A stretch of DNA of 64,000 nt from an uncultured bacterium (lineage in GTDB: Bacteria; Zixibacteria; MSB-5A5; UBA10806; 4484-95), in contig CBFDEC010000003.1 in assembly GCA_965603725.1 (NCBI GenBank), forward strand, positions 37,515 to 101,514, given 5' to 3'. Each line of letters begins with the position of its first letter. Positions within the stretch are counted from its first letter, which is position 1. The notes under the pieces are model-generated. The model saw nothing but the letters and a program-made list of their open reading frames with translations. It searched no databases and had not been told where the DNA came from. The position numbers were made by a program, and so were the translations under genes. Shown here in pieces: positions 43,496-52,007 of this stretch.

Positions 43496-45708
43496 ATGAA
43501 ACATATAAATCATACTATATTGCTTTCAGGATTGTTAATCTTCGCACTTGCGGCTGAAAATAGTCTTTGCATTGCACCCTCTGATACGTTGCGAAATGAG
43601 ATAGGAGAAATAATTCAAGTTTCGCCACTGGGTGAACCCGGCGTCGATTATTTAGACCTGCAATTTATTGCTTCTTTTAAACCCGGATTTTTAACAATAC
43701 CTGACGGAAAAAGCGAAGAATATCTAAAAGACTGCCAGGTAGAGGCAAATTTGTTTTCTCTTTTAGAGCAGAACAGTGTTTACTATGTTAAAAAGGTGTT
43801 CAAGCAATATAAACCCGGCGATACAATCAGGGTTATCGAATCGGACACATGTTTCGTACCCGATTTATCACAGGTTTACCTATTTCTTCAAAATGAAGGG
43901 GTCAGTGTGGCAGATGCCGTGGATAGCATGTATTTACATGAAGCCACACTTTATGCCGAGCCAAATTTTATTAGAACAACCACAAGAATACCCGATGATC
44001 CACAATGGTATTATCAATGGAATCTTCAAACTCCAGACAATGTTACAAGCTTTGGCATAGGTTGTCCAACAGCCTGGGATGGAACGGTTGGAGATAGAAC
44101 ATTGAAACTGGCCATTATCGATACAGGGATCAATCATTTAAATGAAGATTTAGGTTTTTTTTCGGGCCAGGACGTAAGGTGGCCGGCGGATACGATTATG
44201 CTGATGACGATAATAATCCTCTGGACTACCATGGCCACGGTACCAAATGTGCAGGTGTAGCAGGAGCATTAACTAACAATGATATGCACGTAAGCGGCAT
44301 TGCTGGAGGGTGGGATCGCAATGGGGACGACATAGGAGCTTCTTTATACGCCATCAAAATTTTCGATAATGCTGGCTATTATGGCGGTGATGCCGCAGCT
44401 GCAAACGCAATATGGGAAGCCGCGGACCCGGAACATTTTGGCTGTTCGATACTAAGCAATAGCTGGGGAAGTTCTGATTATTCTGAGACATTAAGGATGG
44501 GTATTCATTGGGCTTATAGAGTCGGGGTAAGCTTCGTGGCTTCAAAAGGAAATGATGGCTCCGGCAACTGGCATTATCCAAGCGACTTTGATTATAGTTG
44601 GGTAACCGCGGTAGGGTCATATGGCCAAAATGGCATCTACTGCCAAGAGGACATAAATTGCAGCTACACCTCGAATTATGGCCGGGGTATAGATATTTCC
44701 GCACCGGGTACTATGATCCCCACAACAACAGCTGATGGCGATTATACTCTTGGCTTTGCCGGAACATCAGCGGCCTGCCCTCATGCCTCCGGCTCCATTG
44801 CCTTGTTAAGAACTCTTGAGGATGGCCTTAGAAATGAGGATACGGATTGGATCCTTAAATTCTCTGCATGGGACCAACCGCCGGATGAAAGTGATGGCAA
44901 CGAATGGACCTGGCATGAGCGTTATGGCCACGGCGAATTAAGAGTTTCGACTGCAATTTCCAGAATCTATAATCCATACTATGTCAGTCAATACAAATTT
45001 TTCTCCCATACTGCCACAGGTGGTTATGATGTAGGGCATTCAGACTACCAGGGATACACATTTTTGGGTTCTCCTCTTCAAGGCAGTTACTATGTAAAAA
45101 GATATGACGTAAGAGTAGATGTAACTTATCCGGAAAAGTTCAAAGACATACCTTATGTATGGGGCATTGGGCATAATACAACAAGTTGGTCAGCCGCGAA
45201 TCCTAACTATCAAGTGGGATATTGCCGGCTTGCGCCAGGGAGCCAGACCCTTGCAGGCTGTCAACTGCAGACTTTTGTATACGAGGTTTGGAATTTAATG
45301 GGACAATATATGGGTTGGTATCCCTGTACTCCCGGGAATGTGTCTTTGCAATATAAACTCTGGGGCAAATGCGCGTCGAGCACACCTAATTCTCCAGGTG
45401 GTCCAAAAATATCATTAGACGAAATTCCTCATGATTTTTATCTATATGCAACTTATCCTAATCCTTTCAACTCATCCACTACTATGTTTTTTAGCAATTC
45501 TCTGGATTGCCGCGTTTCATTATCCATCTACGATCTGCTTGGTAGAAGGGTCACTACCTTACTCGACAAAGAATTGCCTGCCGGATATCACTATATCGTT
45601 TGGGATGGAAAAAACTCTGCCGGAAACGAAAGTCCATCCGGGGTATATTTTTACAGGCTTGAAGCAAATGGGCAAGCCTTCACCAAGAAAATGTCACTGT
45701 TGAGGTAA
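43496..45708 (+). CDS. S8-family (subtilisin-like) serine peptidase with a T9SS C-terminal sorting domain; the reading frame shifts by -1 at the T8 run 44155-44162
   Basis: The catalytic Asp (LAIIDTGI) is in track ORF 43496-44260. His (HGHGTKCAG), Asn (NSWGS) and Ser (GTSAACPHASG) are in ORF 44179-45708. The C-terminal YPNPFNSSTTMFF...GVYFYRL is the CTD, and the N-terminus has a signal peptide. Confidence 0.8.
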
Positions 45709-45714
45709 GTTAAA

Positions 45715-46785
45715 ATGACCGGGAAGCTTAGCCTATACAAGCCAGAAAAGAAATTATTGTCCTTTGGGTTCATGATAGCTTTTGCAATCTTAGTGACCAT
45801 CTCCTGTTCGAAACCCACTGATGAAAACATTGGCCCCCCATATACTGGCCCCCCACCGCCGCTTGACGGCTGGGCTTCCTGGTCGCCCGATGGCAGATAT
45901 ATAGCTTATTTGCATAATGCCCTCGATAATCTCGAAGGGGAGCGATGCGGGCCTCAATCAATCTGGATGTACGACACCCAAACCGGCCATTATGGCTTTT
46001 TTGTCGGCCCCGGGCTGTTTCCTGAATGGAGTCCGAATAGCAATATCCTGGCCTTTCAATTTGCGCATGAGATATTTTTTTATTACCCCGAAACAAGATC
46101 GGTCAGGCAGGTCACAAACCTTGGTGAAGAACTGTTTACCTTCGGCTGGTCGGGCGATGGCAGGTATTTGATCTATTGCAGCACTTACAGAGGTGAACCC
46201 GGGTGCTGGGTAATAGATACGCTTGGCAATGTAATTAGAGATATTCTACCCCAGGACAGCATGTATCACCATGGCGGGTGGGTGGATTGGGCTCCAAGCA
46301 TAGACAAGCTAATCTGGACAATAGGAGACTGCTTCGGATTAATGAACATACTCATTATTGATACTCTGGGAAACATAACTGATGAGGTCATAACGGATGA
46401 GTCTGAATGGTTGAGTGTTTATTCCCCTGCTTGGGCACCCGACGAGACCAAATTTGCTTTTCACATCGCATTTAAAACCCACGATGGTCAAATAAAAGGC
46501 GACCTCCGTATCTACTCAGTGGAGGGCCAACTTTACATGATATTATCTCAAGAAGCGGGCGAAGCAGATTGGTCACCGGATGGTTCAACAATCGTCTTCC
46601 AAAAGTATACCTGGATGGCACCCAGCCCCAACCCCATGCTTGAGCCCGACATCGGTCGGGTTACTTTATGGGTTTCTAATGCGGATGGTACGGACATGCA
46701 TGAGCTGCTTGGCTGGCCTCAGGAAGGTTTTGACTCCACTATTTTCGACGGCGGCTACAATTGGTTGACAGATACATTACAATAG
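45715..46785 (+). CDS. TolB-like (PD40 repeat) beta-propeller protein, probable lipoprotein or signal-anchored; paralog 1
   Basis: The N-terminal hydrophobic segment ends in TISCSKP. PD40-type repeats are WSPDGRYIAY, WSPNSNILAF, WSGDGRYLIY, WAPDETKFAF and WSPDGSTIVF. Confidence 0.65.
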   Translation: MTGKLSLYKPEKKLLSFGFMIAFAILVTISCSKPTDENIGPPYTGPPPPLDGWASWSPDGRYIAYLHNALDNLEGERCGPQSIWMYDTQTGHYGFFVGPGLFPEWSPNSNILAFQFAHEIFFYYPETRSVRQVTNLGEELFTFGWSGDGRYLIYCSTYRGEPGCWVIDTLGNVIRDILPQDSMYHHGGWVDWAPSIDKLIWTIGDCFGLMNILIIDTLGNITDEVITDESEWLSVYSPAWAPDETKFAFHIAFKTHDGQIKGDLRIYSVEGQLYMILSQEAGEADWSPDGSTIVFQKYTWMAPSPNPMLEPDIGRVTLWVSNADGTDMHELLGWPQEGFDSTIFDGGYNWLTDTLQ

Positions 46786-46800
46786 CTGATTAGACACCAT

Positions 46801-46913
46801 GTCGTTTGGGATGGAAAAAACTCTGCCGGAAATGAAAGTCCATCCGGGATATATTTTTACAGGCTTGAAGCAAATGGGCAAGCCTTCACCAAGAAAATGT
46901 CACTGTTGAGGTA
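46801..46913 (+). pseudogene. detached relic of the protease T9SS CTD 3' end, created by the duplication
   Basis: It is about 97% identical to 45597-45711 (VWDGKNSAGNESPSG(V/I)YFYRLEANGQAFTKKMSLLR*) but has no upstream coding sequence or start. Confidence 0.85.
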
Positions 46914-46920
46914 AGTTAAA

Positions 46921-47985
46921 ATGACCGGGAAGCTTAGCCTATACAAGCCAGAAAAGAAATTATTGCCCTTTGGGTTCATGATAGCTTTTGCAATCTTAGT
47001 AACTATCTCCTGTTCGAAACCCACTAATGAAAACATTGGCCCCCCATATACCGGCCCGCCGCCGCCGCTTGACCTCGGGGCTTCTTGGTCGCCCGATGGC
47101 AGATATATAGCCTATTTGCATAATGCCCTCGATAATCTCGAAGGGGAGCGGTGCGGGCCTCAATCAATCTGGATGTACGATACCCAAACCGGCCATTATG
47201 GCTTTTTTGTCGGCCCCGGGCTGTTCCCTGAATGGAGTCCTAATGGCAATATCCTGGCCTTTCAATTCGCCCATGAGATATTTTTTTATTACCCCGAAAC
47301 AAGATCGGTCAGGCAGGTCACAAACCTTGGTGAAGAACTGTTTACCTTCGGCTGGTCGGGCGATGGCAGGTATTTGATCTATTGCAGCACTTACAGAGGT
47401 GAACCCGGGTGCTGGGTATTAGATACGCTGGGTAATGTAATTAGAGACATTCTACCCCAGGACAGCAATTACCATGGTGGGCAGGTGGATTGGGCTCCAA
47501 GTATAGATAAACTAATCCTATTAAGAAAAGATACATTAGGATTACATGACGCTTTTATTATCGATACCCTGGGAAACATAATTGACGAAGTCATAGCCGA
47601 CGAGTCTCAATGGTATGATGTCTTTTACCCGGCCTGGGCACCAAATGAAGCCAAATTTGCTATTACCGTTGTAACTATAACCAATGATGGCCGAACACTA
47701 GCCGACATTCGCATCTATACAATTGAGGGCCAGCTTGAGATGATATTATCCAGGGGTGGAGTGCCCGATTGGTCACCGGATGGTTCAAGAATAGCCTTCC
47801 AAAAGTATACCTGGATGGCTCCCAGCCCCAACCCCATGTTTGACCCCGACATCGGCCGGGTTACTTTATGGGTTTCTAATGCGGATGGTACGGACATGTA
47901 TGAGCTGCTTGGCTGGCCTCAGGAAGGTTTTGACTCCACTATTTTCGATGGCGGCTACAATTGGTTGGCGGATACATTACAATAG
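46921..47985 (+). CDS. TolB-like (PD40 repeat) beta-propeller protein; paralog 2
   Basis: The architecture matches 45715-46785. The N-terminal ~185 aa and C-terminal ~60 aa are near-identical, while the central ~100 aa have diverged. Confidence 0.65.
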   Translation: MTGKLSLYKPEKKLLPFGFMIAFAILVTISCSKPTNENIGPPYTGPPPPLDLGASWSPDGRYIAYLHNALDNLEGERCGPQSIWMYDTQTGHYGFFVGPGLFPEWSPNGNILAFQFAHEIFFYYPETRSVRQVTNLGEELFTFGWSGDGRYLIYCSTYRGEPGCWVLDTLGNVIRDILPQDSNYHGGQVDWAPSIDKLILLRKDTLGLHDAFIIDTLGNIIDEVIADESQWYDVFYPAWAPNEAKFAITVVTITNDGRTLADIRIYTIEGQLEMILSRGGVPDWSPDGSRIAFQKYTWMAPSPNPMFDPDIGRVTLWVSNADGTDMYELLGWPQEGFDSTIFDGGYNWLADTLQ

Positions 47986-48085
47986 CTGGTTAGACAGCAG
48001 GCTAAACATTTTTAGGCCTGTGTTTCAGAAACTTTTCTATGTTTCAGTTTTGCAGGACATGTCTTTCCGATACATACCAAAACAC

Positions 48086-48120
48086 GGCAGGGGTCGTCCG
48101 CCAAGGCGGACTGCCCTGCC
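48086..48120. terminator. bidirectional terminator-like hairpin between convergent genes (GC-rich hairpin family)
   Basis: The sequence is GGCAGGGG-TC-GTCCGCC-AA-GGCGGAC-TG-CCCTGCC. T-rich tracts follow on both strands. It abuts the stop of the - strand gene at 48122. Confidence 0.6.
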
Positions 48121-48121
48121 T

Positions 48122-48928
48122 TTATCGAATGATTGCCAGTTTGCGGGTGAGGTTTCTTTCAGGCGTACGAAGCTGATAAAAATAAAGGCCGGACGGTAAG
48201 CTGTTGTTATCATTATCAACACCATTCCAATAAATTTTATATTGCCCGGTTAATGCATCAGGCATTGATAATGAGTAAACCTTTTGGCCAAGAATGTTGG
48301 ATATTTCCAGGGTGATATCGCCCGACCTGGAAATGCGGAAGCCGATAGTCGTGGCGTTATTGAATGGATTTGGGTAATTCTGTTCAAGAGTAAATCGAGC
48401 CGGCAAATCGGGGATGAAATCAACGCTATTGCCCTGTTCGGTGGAATTAATTACGATTTGCTGGTCGGCGCCGTAGGCCCGGGTTCCCTGCAGACCGGCC
48501 CAGTAAAGAGTGACAGGCCCGATCCCCTCCTCGGGCGCTGTCCAGATAAATGTTCCTGAATCGGTAACCTCTGATAACCAGTGGACGCCGTTAGTTTCGT
48601 TTGTGGTATTGTATGTTGCGGTTTCCTCTCCGGCAGTGATAGTCCCGACTGCAAGAGATGTGAAACCAGACCTGATCGAACAATTAAATTGGTCGATGGC
48701 CTGACCTCCATTGTACCGAACCGTAATAGTATATTGCTGTCCCGGCAGGTAAATTTCAGGAAAACCTGTTACCTCACAAGTAGGGGTAAAGTTGTTTTGA
48801 TCATGACAGGAGCTGGTGCATGTTCCGTTTGAGGTAGGAGCGCCTGAAAAACCTGTAAAATGGCTGTTTGCCAGCAGAATACCTGTATAAATAAAACACA
48901 ATAGACACAGCAATATAATTTTTCTCAT
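48122..48928 (-). CDS. secreted hypothetical protein with a T9SS C-terminal sorting domain
   Basis: It has a signal peptide and an N-terminal GAPTSNGTCTSSCH motif. The C-terminal NYPNPFNNATTIGF...GLYFYQL is the CTD. Confidence 0.6.
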   Translation of the reverse strand: MRKIILLCLLCFIYTGILLANSHFTGFSGAPTSNGTCTSSCHDQNNFTPTCEVTGFPEIYLPGQQYTITVRYNGGQAIDQFNCSIRSGFTSLAVGTITAGEETATYNTTNETNGVHWLSEVTDSGTFIWTAPEEGIGPVTLYWAGLQGTRAYGADQQIVINSTEQGNSVDFIPDLPARFTLEQNYPNPFNNATTIGFRISRSGDITLEISNILGQKVYSLSMPDALTGQYKIYWNGVDNDNNSLPSGLYFYQLRTPERNLTRKLAIIR

Positions 48929-49143
48929 AATCGCCTCGCGTTCATATTTTCTTTATTATATGACTCTCTGTAAATATCGTCAGCAATTAGTGTTTTTTGA
49001 GCAAAAAAGTGTTGCCAGTGGAAGTATTTTGTAGTAAAAAAGTCCAAGGCGCCTTTGATTGGTTGCCCTGATTTAATTTATAGATAAAAGTAATTGTGGC
49101 TAATTCAGGTTTACTGACGATTTAAATTTAATTTGGAGTAAAT

Positions 49144-49521
49144 ATGCCAGCAAAAAAGACAGCTAAAAAATCTGCAAAAAAGACAGCCAAAAAAACAGCC
49201 GGTAAAACCGGAAAAATTACCAAAAAAGTCAAAAAAACCACTGCGAGCGCTGGGGGAAAGCGGTCTACTGAAACTAAAAGTAAACCGAAGAAAACAGCCG
49301 TCGTAAAAAAGGAAAACCTCATTGATTGTGTTCATTGTGATGGTTCAGGACGGTGCTCTGCCGGTCAACCTTATGATAAAGACCGTCACCAGAGTATCTT
49401 CAAAGAAATCTTGTTGATTAGTTGTACAGACTGCCTGTCAGCTGCGGGAAAGTCCCGAAAATCCAAGAAAATGGTCAAATGCCGGATTTGCCAGGGAACC
49501 GGGAAAGTTGAAAAAACTTAA
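49144..49521 (+). CDS. small basic protein: histone-H1-like Lys/Ala/Thr-rich N-terminus fused to a Cys-rich CxxCxGxG zinc-finger-like domain
   Basis: TGGAG lies before the ATG. Residues 1-55 are AKKTAKKSAKKTAKKTAGKTGK-type repeats. The C-terminal half has CVHCDGSGRC, CTDC and CRICQGTGK. Confidence 0.55.
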   Translation: MPAKKTAKKSAKKTAKKTAGKTGKITKKVKKTTASAGGKRSTETKSKPKKTAVVKKENLIDCVHCDGSGRCSAGQPYDKDRHQSIFKEILLISCTDCLSAAGKSRKSKKMVKCRICQGTGKVEKT

Positions 49522-49640
49522 TTGAACTGCCTTGTCATCCGGGTTCTTTAGCTTTCTTTTAAGGCTGTTATTATGGTTTAGCGAGGTTTTAAACTGCCAT
49601 TAGAACCGTTTTCAGGATATCTGAAATATACTTGTATATC

Positions 49641-49953
49641 ACTACTGTCCGGCCTTTCTATAAATAATAAATTTACAATTGTCATTCCCTCGAAAGAGGG
49701 AATCCATAACGTTGTATATACTGTTCAACCACTATTACTTAAAAACAACGGATAAAGCATCAATCATCATGGATTCCCCGCCTTGGCGGGGAATGACACC
49801 TTTCGTATCTCAAAATAAAATCTATAATCTTTGAAAACAACCATACAAAATGTGAGAATTCTAATCCCTTAAAACAAAGTCGTTTAATTGATGATAATAT
49901 TTCATAATTTTCAAATCATTCATCCGCTCTTTAAAAAAGGCCGGACACTATTG
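49641..49953. mobile_element. MITE-like non-autonomous element (313 bp) with imperfect terminal inverted repeats and a 10-bp target-site duplication
   Basis: The direct repeat CTTGTATATC lies at 49631-49640 and 49954-49963. The terminal inverted repeats are ACTACTGTCCGGCCTTT (49641-49657) and AAAGGCCGGACACTATTG (49936-49953). No ORF lies inside. Two inverted GTCATTCCC...GGGAATCC hairpins lie at 49681-49705 and 49771-49797. Confidence 0.6.
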
Positions 49954-50101
49954 CTTGTATATCTAATATCATTTAAGCAGATGTCCCGGGAACTCGGATA
50001 GGCCTTCAGGTCTAATATTAGTAATAATGAGTTGAGATATTTATCTGATTTAATATTTCCCTGAAGTTGACATCAGGCGGCATCTTAATTATTTTAATAA
50101 T

Positions 50102-51478
50102 ATGCAAAAACTGATTGCTCGTATTAAATCGGCTGACCGCCGGTACAGACTTTTTAAGCAAAACGATAGGATTCTTATCGCTCTTTCGGGGGGGCCCGAT
50201 TCGGTAGCGTTGTTTCATCTGTTAAACCTGCTGGCTCCTTTATGTAATCTCTCACTGGCGGCGGCTCATGTTGACCATGGCCTCAGGCAAGAATCTGCCG
50301 ATGATCGCAAGTTTTGCCGAGCGTTATGCCGTGCCCATGGGCTTAAATTTCACTCAAGGAGATTTAATATCAAGGCTATTGCCAGACAGAAAAAAATCGG
50401 TGTCGAACAGGCCGGCCGTCAGAGCCGTTATGACTATTTTCAGGCATTATCAGAAAAATTCGGTTACACCAAAATCGCTACCGGTCATACCGCGGACGAC
50501 AACGCTGAAACGTTCCTTCTGCACCTCGTGCGCGGCGCTCATCTGGGCGGCTTAAGCGGCATTCCTCCCAGACGAGATAACATAATCAGACCCTTAATTG
50601 AAATAAACAAGAACGATCTTTTGGAATTCTTAAATAATTATGGTCTTTCATACAGGCTGGACCCAACAAACCTCGGCGATGATTATAACCGCAACATTAT
50701 CAGAAATAAAGTTGTTCCGTATCTGCAAACAATCAACAACCAGGCTTTAAGAAATATATCACGAGCCTGCCAGAATTTCAGTACAAGCCTGGCAATTATC
50801 GAAGATAAAGTTGAGGATTTATATAAGCGATGCCTTATCGATGAATCAAACAGCCAAATAACGCTTGACCTGCGGAAAATTCCCGAATATTATAAAAGTT
50901 TGGAATCCTGGATCCTTTTAAGAGCTTATTTTCGATTGACAGGCGAGTCCAGGCGTCCTGATTCGAATAAGATTATTCAAGCGGTTAATCTTAAAAGGAG
51001 GGGATCGGTCGCATTATTAGATGCCGGAATTATCGCTTGCAGCCATTCCGGCAGGCTGATTTTATGTCGACCGCAAACCCGAATCAAGCGTATAAAATTG
51101 ATGAAAGGAGAAATTGTCAGGCTGGGTAATACAAATTTGATGATAAAGACCGAGCTTGTTAAAAAGGTGAATATGGATGTAATTACAGGCAACGATAATG
51201 AATCTATCGCTTATCTTGATGATGCCAGCTTGGATAACCTGGCTGTAAGAAGTACAAAAGAAGGCGACAGATTTAGACCGCTTGGTTTGAAGGGTACCAA
51301 AAAAGTGGCGGACTATCTTAACGAAAAAGGAGCGCCCCGGGTTTTGAAATCCTCCATACCCGTGGTAACATCGGGGGATGATATTGTCTGGCTGGCAGGC
51401 TATGGTATCGATGATAAATATAAGGTCACTGAAAAAACGAAACGTGTTCTAAAGTTTCAGCTATTGTTAAATATATAG
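50102..51478 (+). CDS. tilS: tRNA(Ile)-lysidine synthase
   Basis: The PP-loop SGGPDS is present, along with the TGHTADDNAET motif. The length and synteny with hpt-ftsH also fit. Confidence 0.9.
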   Translation: MQKLIARIKSADRRYRLFKQNDRILIALSGGPDSVALFHLLNLLAPLCNLSLAAAHVDHGLRQESADDRKFCRALCRAHGLKFHSRRFNIKAIARQKKIGVEQAGRQSRYDYFQALSEKFGYTKIATGHTADDNAETFLLHLVRGAHLGGLSGIPPRRDNIIRPLIEINKNDLLEFLNNYGLSYRLDPTNLGDDYNRNIIRNKVVPYLQTINNQALRNISRACQNFSTSLAIIEDKVEDLYKRCLIDESNSQITLDLRKIPEYYKSLESWILLRAYFRLTGESRRPDSNKIIQAVNLKRRGSVALLDAGIIACSHSGRLILCRPQTRIKRIKLMKGEIVRLGNTNLMIKTELVKKVNMDVITGNDNESIAYLDDASLDNLAVRSTKEGDRFRPLGLKGTKKVADYLNEKGAPRVLKSSIPVVTSGDDIVWLAGYGIDDKYKVTEKTKRVLKFQLLLNI

Positions 51479-51482
51479 TCAT

Positions 51483-52007
51483 ATGAAAGTATTAATCTCA
51501 CATAGAAAGCTGTCGTCCAGAGTGAAAGCTTTAGCAAAACAGATTAGAACCGATTACAAAGACAGGGATCTGATCTTTATCGGTATCTTAAAGGGCAGTT
51601 TTGTGTTTATGGCCGACTTGATTAGAGAATATAATAAAGAATGTGAGCTGGACTTTATGGCTGTCGCCAGCTATGGAAATCATAAAAAAGGCGCCGGTGT
51701 AGTGCGGCTTATCAAAGATATAAGCGTTAATATAAAAAAGCGTGATGTTTTAATTGTTGAGGATATAATCGACTCGGGTTTAACGTCTAACTATATCAAA
51801 CAATATCTGGAATTGAGAAATCCTGATTCTATTGAATTTGTTGCGCTGCTTGATAAAAACGGGTCCCGAAAAATCGACATTGATATTAAATATGTTGGGT
51901 ATAAAATCCCGAATACATTCGTAGTCGGATACGGACTTGATTATTCTGAAAAATACAGACAACTACCTTATATAGCTGAGTTTGAAGATAAAGAAAGGAC
52001 AATGTGA
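51483..52007 (+). CDS. hpt: hypoxanthine phosphoribosyltransferase
   Basis: The PRPP-binding motif [13 protein letters not shown] and the C-terminal VGYGLDY are present. Confidence 0.9.
   Translation: MKVLISHRKLSSRVKALAKQIRTDYKDRDLIFIGILKGSFVFMADLIREYNKECELDFMAVASYGNHKKGAGVVRLIKDISVNIKKRDVLIVEDIIDSGLTSNYIKQYLELRNPDSIEFVALLDKNGSRKIDIDIKYVGYKIPNTFVVGYGLDYSEKYRQLPYIAEFEDKERTM

Larger units (their letters stand above)
45596..47998. repeat. tandem segmental duplication, 2 x about 1.2 kb
   Basis: Unit 1 is about 45596-46800 and unit 2 about 46801-47998. Each unit holds the last ~115 nt of the protease gene (or its relic), the intergenic spacer and a beta-propeller gene. The flanks are near-identical and the centre has diverged. 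Confidence 0.9.

Noticed and set aside
46260-47760. Diversity-generating retroelement as the cause of the variable central region of the two propeller paralogs
   Set aside because: The window has no reverse transcriptase, template repeat or accessory gene. The differences include indels and changes at all four bases rather than adenine-specific substitutions.
49144-49310. The A-rich repetitive DNA (AAAAAAGACAGC-like units), considered as a tandem repeat or low-complexity non-coding tract
   Set aside because: The repeats are in frame with a downstream Cys-rich domain that has regular CxxCxGxG spacing, and a Shine-Dalgarno precedes them. A coding interpretation is therefore preferred. The antisense ORFs 49111-49335 and 49128-49322 are shadows of it.
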